A stretch of DNA of 64,000 bases from Candidatus Zixiibacteriota bacterium. GTDB taxonomy: Bacteria; RBG-13-66-14; B26-G2; WVWN01. The notes beneath the pieces are model-generated. The model made no database searches, was not told the origin of the DNA, and saw nothing but the letters and a program-made list of their open reading frames with translations. Below, one piece after another: positions 57,699-64,000 of the stretch. The stretch's first letter is position 1. The number at the start of each line of letters is the position of its first letter. The stretch lies in the NCBI GenBank assembly GCA_050117845.1, contig JASFLY010000008.1, positions 18,108 through 82,107 on the forward strand, given 5' to 3'. Made by a program: the position numbers and the translations under genes.

Positions 57699-58289
57699 AT
57701 GCGTATAGTAATCGCGGTAGCGGCGGCGTGGGCCGTCGCGGTAGGCGTGGGGACGGCCAAGGATTTCGTGAACGAGGATTTCGAAGGGACGTTTCCCCCG
57801 CCGGGGTGGACCACTTTCTACGAGGGCACCGGCGACGCCAGTTGGTCGCTCGCTTACGGCGGGCCGGGGGGCCGGTACGCCCTCGGGGGGACCTCCAGTT
57901 GGGAGCAAGGGTTGGTCCGGGCCACGTTCATGTCTCCCGAATTCGAAGTCAAGGCCAACACGCGCGTCTATTACCGGTTCGATTACGACCACCACGAGAA
58001 CGGCCACAGCGGCGGCGGGGCCGATTTTTATATTACGTACGTCCAACCGTCCCAGGGCAACCTGGTTTACGTGCCGCTGGAGTCGACGTCCGATTGGGAG
58101 GAGCGCAGCGGAGACCTCAAAAACGACCTCAACGCGACCGCGAAGGCCTGCTGGCGGGTATGGACGACCAATTACTGGCGCTACCATTTCTCCTTCCTCA
58201 TGGTCGACGGCGTGATTATCTCGGACGACGCGCGCTACCCGGGCGTGGAGCCGAATTCGCTGGGCCGGGTCAAGGCGCTGTTCCGGTAG
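57699..58289 (+). CDS. Secreted beta-sandwich protein with conserved C-terminal tail motif
   Basis: Signal peptide; FVNEDFEGTFPPPGW; ends GVEPNSLGRVKALFR. Confidence 0.85.
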   Translation: MRIVIAVAAAWAVAVGVGTAKDFVNEDFEGTFPPPGWTTFYEGTGDASWSLAYGGPGGRYALGGTSSWEQGLVRATFMSPEFEVKANTRVYYRFDYDHHENGHSGGGADFYITYVQPSQGNLVYVPLESTSDWEERSGDLKNDLNATAKACWRVWTTNYWRYHFSFLMVDGVIISDDARYPGVEPNSLGRVKALFR

Positions 58290-58373
58290 GGAGAAGTCCG
58301 AAAGAAGAGGAAGCAATCCGCCCGGGGGGCCGCGGCGGGAGGTTAAACGTAACGAAATCGAAGGGGGAACGAG

Positions 58374-58946
58374 ATGAGGCGGGGAAAAGTATTAACGGCG
58401 ATCGTGGCGTCGGCGCTGGCGGCGGGTGCCGCCTCGGCTACGACGTACCTGGACGAGGACTTCCACGCGAACCAGATGCCGACCGGATGGTCGGCCAAGA
58501 CGAGCGGAAGCGGATCCGTCGCTTACGGGTTTATCTACGAGGAATATACGGCGTCAGTTCTGGTAAACGACGGGCAAGCCGGTACGGTGGAGTTAACGTC
58601 GTTCGAGATGACGGTGCCCGCGGGCACTTTGTATTACTCGTTCGAATACTACTCGTACGCCATGGGCTCGGGCACTATCCGGGGGGAGTTCGCCGCGGAA
58701 TACGCGGGGACCTCGACCGAAATCTACCGCGACTCGTTGTCCGGCGGCAGCCGGCACGTCGAGGCCGGGTCGTTTTACGTCGCCGAGCCGGGGACGATAG
58801 TAGTGGTCTGGGTATACCGCGGCGGCGCGGCTCCGGGGCGGTACGCGGAAGGCGAGATGTTCATGGATGACGCCGTCATAACGGACGTGCCGAACGCGGG
58901 CGTGGACCCCAGCTCGCTCGGCCGCGTCCGGGCGCTGTTCCGGTAA
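58374..58946 (+). CDS. Secreted beta-sandwich protein (distant paralog of the upstream gene) with conserved C-terminal tail motif
   Basis: Signal peptide; YLDEDFHANQMPTGW; ends GVDPSSLGRVRALFR. Confidence 0.85.
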   Translation: MRRGKVLTAIVASALAAGAASATTYLDEDFHANQMPTGWSAKTSGSGSVAYGFIYEEYTASVLVNDGQAGTVELTSFEMTVPAGTLYYSFEYYSYAMGSGTIRGEFAAEYAGTSTEIYRDSLSGGSRHVEAGSFYVAEPGTIVVVWVYRGGAAPGRYAEGEMFMDDAVITDVPNAGVDPSSLGRVRALFR

Positions 58947-58995
58947 GCGGTGGCCGAAAGCACTTTCATTAATCCCGGGTTCCAAGGAGGAATCA

Positions 58996-59649
58996 ATGGC
59001 CGACTACGACACGGAGCAGGTGCATAAGGACACCATCGAGTATTATCGGCTGACGCTGGCCCAGCACGAGAAGGACCCCCACGCCGTCGAGACGGCGAAG
59101 GCCGACCGGGCCGTCCTCGAGATGGTCCGCGAGACCCCCGGCGTCGTCGAGATGAACAGCAAGATGATGGAAGGGGGCCTCGCGTTCGCCGTCGCTCGGG
59201 CGATGTCGGTGGACGGCGCCAACTTCCAGGCCGACGTATACGAGGAACTCGAGGAGGGGCCGTTGGCCGAACGCTGGCGCGCTCGCGCCGGGGCCCTGGC
59301 GGCCTCCGGCGACATGAACGAGCTCTACGCTATCTCCGAGAAGATGGACGCGGAGGAAGCCCCGACCAAGGAGAACGAGAGCCGGGCCAAATCGCTCATC
59401 CCGACGATTATCGAGAAGCTGCTTTTGGTGGAGGCGAGCCCGCCCGGCACCGGCCTCGACGAGCAGCCGATGACGACGCTCACGGCCTCGCTCGACGAAC
59501 TGGCCCAGCGGTTCCCCGGCGTTCGCTTCCCGGACGCGCTCGACCTGCCGCGCTTCCGTACCCGGCTGGTCTATTCCGATGGGCAGATTAAAAGGCTGGT
59601 CGAGCTGTTCGAGAAAGTCAATGCCGAACGGCTGGGGGGGCGGTACTAA
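58996..59649 (+). CDS. Helical hypothetical protein
   Basis: AAGGAGG SD; GC3-biased codons; TAATG overlap with the next gene. Confidence 0.75.
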   Translation: MADYDTEQVHKDTIEYYRLTLAQHEKDPHAVETAKADRAVLEMVRETPGVVEMNSKMMEGGLAFAVARAMSVDGANFQADVYEELEEGPLAERWRARAGALAASGDMNELYAISEKMDAEEAPTKENESRAKSLIPTIIEKLLLVEASPPGTGLDEQPMTTLTASLDELAQRFPGVRFPDALDLPRFRTRLVYSDGQIKRLVELFEKVNAERLGGRY

Positions 59650-61154
59650 TGGATCCGGGCGTGAAGCAGATGATCGACGGCCTCAAGATGGGAGTGGACG
59701 CCCAGTCCTCGATGGTCAGCGACAAAAGTAGGTTGGACGACGTTCGGGCCGTAATAGGCCGGATGGAAGAGGTCGCCGCCGAGCCGGGCATGGATATGAT
59801 GAAGTTCCAGGAGCGCATAAACGCCGAGGGCCTGATGGATAAATACGGCCAGGCCATGGCCGCCCTCAGCGAGGTACAGGTCGCGGCGATGGACCAGAAG
59901 ATAGAGGAGATGGAGGATTACGCCGCGGAAGCGAAGCCGATCGACCTCGAGACGCTGGACATCACCGATATCGAAATCGTCCTCGGCCCCCACCGCCAGG
60001 TATACAACACGACCGTGAAGGACAACGATACGCTGCCGCACCAGAAGGCCGCGTACGAGGCGTTCTTCGCGCTGGGGAAAGAGTGCGCGACCATTCCCGA
60101 GTTCAACCGCCGGTCCAAGGCCGAGGGCTACCAGGACCAGCTGGGCCTCGCCGGCGTCTGGGACGGCAATTACAACACCTTCCGGCTGGAGGTGACGCAC
60201 AAACAGCCGGACATGATAACGTACGGCCTGGACGCGCTCACCGCCGTCGGCGATTACCCTTCCCCGGAAATGCTGGCCTACGCGCTCAACCGCCTCGCTC
60301 TTCTCAACGAGCGGACCCTCGCGCGGCGGGCCAGTCTCTTCGAACCGTTCAACGGCTTCGGCGGCGAATTGTCGTCGTACCTCATCCTCGTACATACGGA
60401 GGAGCAGCGGCAGAAGGTCGTCAACATGTACGGCCTGCAGGAGGAGTTCACCGGCCTCGATTTCGACGCGGCGACGTACCATCCCTACTTCCGCCAACTC
60501 CTGGTGCTGGACGACGCCCGCCAGCGCGGCGAGCTGGGCCCCGACTACCTGGGCGTCATCCCCTTCCTCCGGGCCGGCTGGTTCACCGACGCCTGCCTCT
60601 CGCCCGAGGAGAAGAAGGCCTTCGCGGATAAGAAAGAGATCCCTCGGCCTCCCGCCCTCCGCTACCCGTATCGCACCGGGCCGGTGGGCGGCGTCAACGT
60701 GACGCTGGCGGAACCGCCGTTCGCGAACCCCTTCGACTCGCCCTTCCCGGCCCGCGTGACCATAACGAACAAGGCCGCCGAGGGCCGGCCCCTGGATACG
60801 ACCAAGGGCCTGCGCATGTGGGTCTTCACCGAGGACGGCGCCGAGGCAAAGAAGGTGCCGGTGGAGCTGCCGGCCGAACTCGCGCCGGGGGCCTCGGAGA
60901 CGGTCGAGGGCGACCTCTTCGCGTGGGGCCTGCCGCAGGAGGAGAAGCTGTTCATGGTGGCCTTCGACGTCGGCGTAGAGGGCAACCACAAGTGCGACCT
61001 GGCCGAGAAGTACGGCAATCCGGAGGGCCTTACGCCGCCGATGATTCCGGACTTCTTTTTGGAGCCTTTCGAAGGCGGCGCCGCGACCGAACCGGCCTTC
61101 GTAATGCCGCACCGGCCCGTCCCGGCGTACCCGTTCCCGATGCCGATAGAGTAG
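59649..61154 (+). CDS. Hypothetical protein (helical repeats plus C-terminal Ig-like region)
   Basis: 501-aa ORF with GC3 bias, translationally coupled to the upstream gene. Confidence 0.8.
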   Translation: MDPGVKQMIDGLKMGVDAQSSMVSDKSRLDDVRAVIGRMEEVAAEPGMDMMKFQERINAEGLMDKYGQAMAALSEVQVAAMDQKIEEMEDYAAEAKPIDLETLDITDIEIVLGPHRQVYNTTVKDNDTLPHQKAAYEAFFALGKECATIPEFNRRSKAEGYQDQLGLAGVWDGNYNTFRLEVTHKQPDMITYGLDALTAVGDYPSPEMLAYALNRLALLNERTLARRASLFEPFNGFGGELSSYLILVHTEEQRQKVVNMYGLQEEFTGLDFDAATYHPYFRQLLVLDDARQRGELGPDYLGVIPFLRAGWFTDACLSPEEKKAFADKKEIPRPPALRYPYRTGPVGGVNVTLAEPPFANPFDSPFPARVTITNKAAEGRPLDTTKGLRMWVFTEDGAEAKKVPVELPAELAPGASETVEGDLFAWGLPQEEKLFMVAFDVGVEGNHKCDLAEKYGNPEGLTPPMIPDFFLEPFEGGAATEPAFVMPHRPVPAYPFPMPIE

Positions 61155-61219
61155 GGAAAAACCGCCTAAAAAGCGTAACGGCCATCCCCGGCCGGCAACT
61201 AATAAGGCACCGGTCAAGG

Positions 61220-61775
61220 GGGAAATAGAATCGTCCGCTTCCGGTAAAAAAGCCGCCCCGACGGGGGCGGCTTTAATAAAACCGAGTTAATCCACGTTAA
61301 TTTAACGAGGCCGACGTTAGTAGCGGTGAATAAGGGAGGTTCGCGTTACGAAGTATCTATTAATGGGATTACCTATCGCACTTATCGCTGTACTGATATC
61401 CTCTTGTGATGGGCCCACTTACGTTTACGCACGGCCCAGTATCCAAAGCGTTAGCGAAAACGGAGGAACCATCGAGGTCAGTTGGGAAGCGTTTAACACG
61501 GTACAATCTATTAAACGATATAGTTGGTGCGAACTTAAAGGAGGATGGGATTTCGATTTCGAAGACGCCGTTAAAAGCAGCATGTACTACGTAGACGATT
61601 CTAATTTAGTGCCCGGTACGACGTACGGGTATACCGTCTACGACGGGATTGAAGAATCGGGATTGAGGAGTATTAATTACAGAGGACCGAGGGCCGTTAA
61701 GGATGACACCAACCAAGGGAAATAGAATCGTCCGCTTCCGGTAAAAAAGCCGCCCCGACGGGGGCGGCTTTAATA
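61220..61775 (+). repeat. 59-bp perfect direct repeat (61220-61278 and 61717-61775) containing a stop codon and terminator hairpin
   Basis: GGGAAATAGAATCGTCCGCTTCCGGTAAAAAAGCCGCCCCGACGGGGGCGGCTTTAATA occurs twice. Confidence 0.9.
61348..61725 (+). CDS. Small AT-rich lipoprotein (Fn3-like beta-rich); start probably ACG 61348 (ORF track ATG 61363)
   Basis: (M)KYLLMGLPIALIAVLISSC lipobox; GGGAGG SD 8 nt before ACG. Confidence 0.7.
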   Translation, partial: TKYLLMGLPIALIAVLISSCDGPTYVYARPSIQSVSENGGTIEVSWEAFNTVQSIKRYSWCELKGGWDFDFEDAVKSSMYYVDDSNLVPGTTYGYTVYDGIEESGLRSINYRGPRAVKDDTNQGK

Positions 61776-61848
61776 TTGGGACAGGGCGGCGTTAGAAGCA
61801 AAACCGCCCCCTCGCGGGGGCGGTTTACGCTAAAGAGGTGATCGTGTA

Positions 61849-62601
61849 TTATCGGAACAGCGCCTTGACGCGGCCCACGGACGAGGGCGTTACGCCCACG
61901 CCTTCCTCTAGCATCGTCGACCGGGCTTGCTTTACTTCCTTCCCGGTCTGGTCCTGAACGAAGACCGAGACGCCGAGGTTGGCTGCGTTCCAGGTCGGGT
62001 CCAGCGCGAAAGTTGTTCCGATTTCCTCGGTCTCGTTGGCGGACGAGACCGTCACGTCCTTGGTTGCGAAGCGCCGCTCGACAAAGCGATAATGGCCGCC
62101 TACCTGGTCCTCCCATAATACGAAGTGGCAGACGTGGCCTGCGGCCAGGGCTTCCTCGAGGGTAAGCTTAACCATTACCGAGGCCTTGTTATCGCCGTAG
62201 CTCTTGTGGACGAACTCTATCGTCAGCGGACTGGCGGCGAAACGCCGGATGTTGAATGAACTCATGTACCAGGTGTACATTTCGTCGTTGTTGGTGTACG
62301 CGCCGCGGTGCGACAAGACGCCGTCGAACCAGGTCCAGGGATATGCGTTCACGCCGTAATAACCGGCGCGTGCCTGGGCTTCCGGCGTTACGTACAAACT
62401 CCCGCCCCTGCTATACCAGGATACGGGAGCGAACTTATCGGGGCCCTGCTCGTCGTAGATCCTACCCATCGCGTATTCTGCGAAGGGACAGTAGCCTCAA
62501 TTCGTGCCCGTGAAGAACTCGGCCACGACGCCCCGTTCGGCGGCCAACGTCGGCAGCGATGCCAGCAAGAGGAGTGCGATAATCCCAAACGTCTTTTTCA
62601 T
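61849..62601 (-). CDS. Secreted Omp28-like thioredoxin-fold selenoprotein (UGYC; in-frame TGA 62497-62499) with C-terminal tail motif
   Basis: ATG 62601 after AAGGAG: MKKTFGIIALLLLASLPTLAAERGVVAEFFTGTN*GYCPFAEYAMGRIYDEQGP; the TGA aligns with Cys of the paralog's TWCGYCP; ends GVTPSSVGRVKALFR. Confidence 0.85.
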
Positions 62602-62646
62602 CGTTCGGCTCCTTCGTTTGAGTAATTACTACCGTTTCTCTTATAT

Positions 62647-62676
62647 ATAATAAACTGTTTTAACTCCCGAAGTCAA
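62647..62676 (-). promoter_or_regulatory. Sigma70 promoter for the selenoprotein gene (a second candidate, TTGTCG-N17-TATAAT, lies at 62780-62808)
   Basis: TTGACT-N18-TATTAT on the minus strand. Confidence 0.6.
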
Positions 62677-62862
62677 GCGCAATCGGCCCGTGCGGCGGCC
62701 GTCCCTCCACCGTCGCCGCTACCGAGGTAAGGGGCCGGATACGGCGCAGGTAGCGCCTCGACGTCCAAATTCCGGATATATTATAACCGAAATAGTCATT
62801 GACGACAAGTTGTGGGCGATGTAAATGATTTAAAGGGACTTCGCGGTTCTGCTCGAGCCGGT

Positions 62863-62940
62863 AAAAGAGAGGGCCGCCCAAAAGGACGGCTCTCTCGGTT
62901 TAGGGAGGGAGGGTTCTCGGTCGGGCTAATCTCCTCCTTG
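62863..62940 (-). ncRNA. Candidate ~80-nt small RNA (own promoter and terminator, no ORF)
   Basis: TTGACT-N17-TAATAT (62974-62946), short transcript, then GAGAGAGCCGTCC-TTTT-GGGCGGCCCTCTC-TTTT terminator. Confidence 0.45.
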
Positions 62941-63025
62941 CTTATATATTATCAAATTGGTCATATAAAGTCAAGGAAAAAAGCGCGATCCCGAGTTATA
63001 TTCTTAAACCCCGTTTCCCGAAAGG

Positions 63026-63050
63026 AAACCGCCCCCAAAGGGGCGGTTTC
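63026..63050 (-). terminator. Intrinsic terminator for the 63076-63840 gene
   Basis: GAAACCGCCCC-CAAA-GGGGCGGTTTC hairpin. Confidence 0.6.
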
Positions 63051-63075
63051 CATAACGGAGGAGACTCGATCAATC

Positions 63076-63840
63076 TTAACGGAAAAGGGTCTTTACTTTA
63101 CCGAGGGACGTCGGCACGACGCTGACGCCCTCCTCGAGCATTTTGGCCCGGGCCTGTTTTATCTCTTTAGTCGTCGGGTCCTGGACGAATACCGAGATGC
63201 CGAGGTCCGCCGTCTTCCAGGCGCCGTCGAGCGTGAACGTTACGCCGATTTCCTCGGACTCGTTGGCGGCGCTTACCGTGACGTCCTTCGTTTCGAGTTT
63301 ACGGGATACGAAACGATAATCATGGCCGCCGTAGGACAGGTTGTCTTCCCATAGTACGAAGTGGCAGGCGTGGCCCGCGGCCAGGGCTTCCTCGAGGGTC
63401 AGGTTAACCATGACCGAGGCCTTACCCTCGCCGTAACTGAAGTGGACGAACTCGATGGTGAGGGGGCTGGCGGCGGCCCGCCGGATGTTGAACGAACTCA
63501 TGTACCAGGTGTACATCTCCTCGTTACTCGTGTACGCGCCGCGGTGAGAAATGCTGCCGTCGCACCAGGCCCACGGGTAAGCGGTAACACCATAATAACC
63601 CTTCCGCGCCTCAGCATCGACCGTATACCACATTCCGCTCGAGGAGGCGTGCCAGGCTACGGGGGCCCACTTGTCGGGGCCCTGTTCGTCGTATATGCGG
63701 TTCAAAGCGTAGTTCGCGTACGGACAGTATCCGCACCAGGTAGCGGTGAACAGTTCCATTGCGACGCCGCGTTCCGCGGCGTAAAGCGCCGGGGCGCTGA
63801 GGGCCAGCGCCACGAGGATAAAAATAACTTTCCGCGCCAT
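63076..63840 (-). CDS. Secreted Omp28-like thioredoxin-fold protein (CGYC) with C-terminal tail motif
   Basis: Signal peptide; MELFTATWCGYCP; HFVLWEDN..YRFVSR; ends SVVPTSLGKVKTLFR. Confidence 0.88.
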   Translation of the reverse strand: MARKVIFILVALALSAPALYAAERGVAMELFTATWCGYCPYANYALNRIYDEQGPDKWAPVAWHASSSGMWYTVDAEARKGYYGVTAYPWAWCDGSISHRGAYTSNEEMYTWYMSSFNIRRAAASPLTIEFVHFSYGEGKASVMVNLTLEEALAAGHACHFVLWEDNLSYGGHDYRFVSRKLETKDVTVSAANESEEIGVTFTLDGAWKTADLGISVFVQDPTTKEIKQARAKMLEEGVSVVPTSLGKVKTLFR

Positions 63841-64000
63841 TACGGCTCCTTTCGTAATTCATTACGGGAGCTTGGCGCGGCGGCAAGGCCGGCTCGCGGG
63901 CCGGCGTCATTCTCTAATGATCAACGCCCACGCGCCAACTCCTAAGGGGTCCGGGTACCGTCGTCGTACGAGTCCGTACGATTGTCCGCGGTGCCGTACC

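Noticed and set aside
62497-62499. Nonsense pseudogene interpretation of the in-frame TGA
   Set aside because: The stop falls exactly at the catalytic Cys position, both flanks are intact, and a SECIS-like hairpin follows. Kept only as the fallback if Sec machinery is absent.
63942-64000. 3' end of another gene entering the window on the minus strand (..YGTADNRTDSYDDGTRTP*)
   Set aside because: Too short to support a call, and it lacks the conserved tail motif.

Overview
GC-rich bacterial chromosomal segment, probably from an uncultured lineage (inference from divergent housekeeping genes; the taxon cannot be fixed from this window). Core genes: clpP, tRNA-Ala(GGC), tldD/tldE, def, gyrB-recF-dnaN (no adjacent dnaA or gyrA), trxA, purL/purQ, pta, metG, cysS, grpE-dnaJ, ackA, clpC, Pit transporter plus DUF47. 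Envelope genes are abundant: about six GT-C-type membrane glycosyltransferases (one resembling eukaryotic DPY19 C-mannosyltransferases, one DUF2723/TMEM260-like), nonulosonic-acid genes and many lipoproteins and secreted proteins. Main observations: (1) six signal-peptide proteins, mostly with unrelated mature domains, end in the same short tail, [VI]-x-P-[STN]-S-[LIV]-G-[RK]-[VI]-[KR]-[AT]-[LM]-[FY]-x-stop, a candidate protein-sorting signal; (2) a hidden selenoprotein (in-frame TGA giving UGYC, followed by a SECIS-like hairpin) next to its CGYC paralog; (3) three genes whose Shine-Dalgarno-supported start codon is ACG, plus ATA and GTA candidates; (4) a DPY19-like GT-C in an operon with a PAP2 phosphatase; (5) a RAYT transposase with dispersed GTAG-type REP palindromes; (6) an AT-rich OLD-family nuclease bracketed by a 12-bp inverted repeat. 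All homology calls come from motif recognition by eye; no searches were run.
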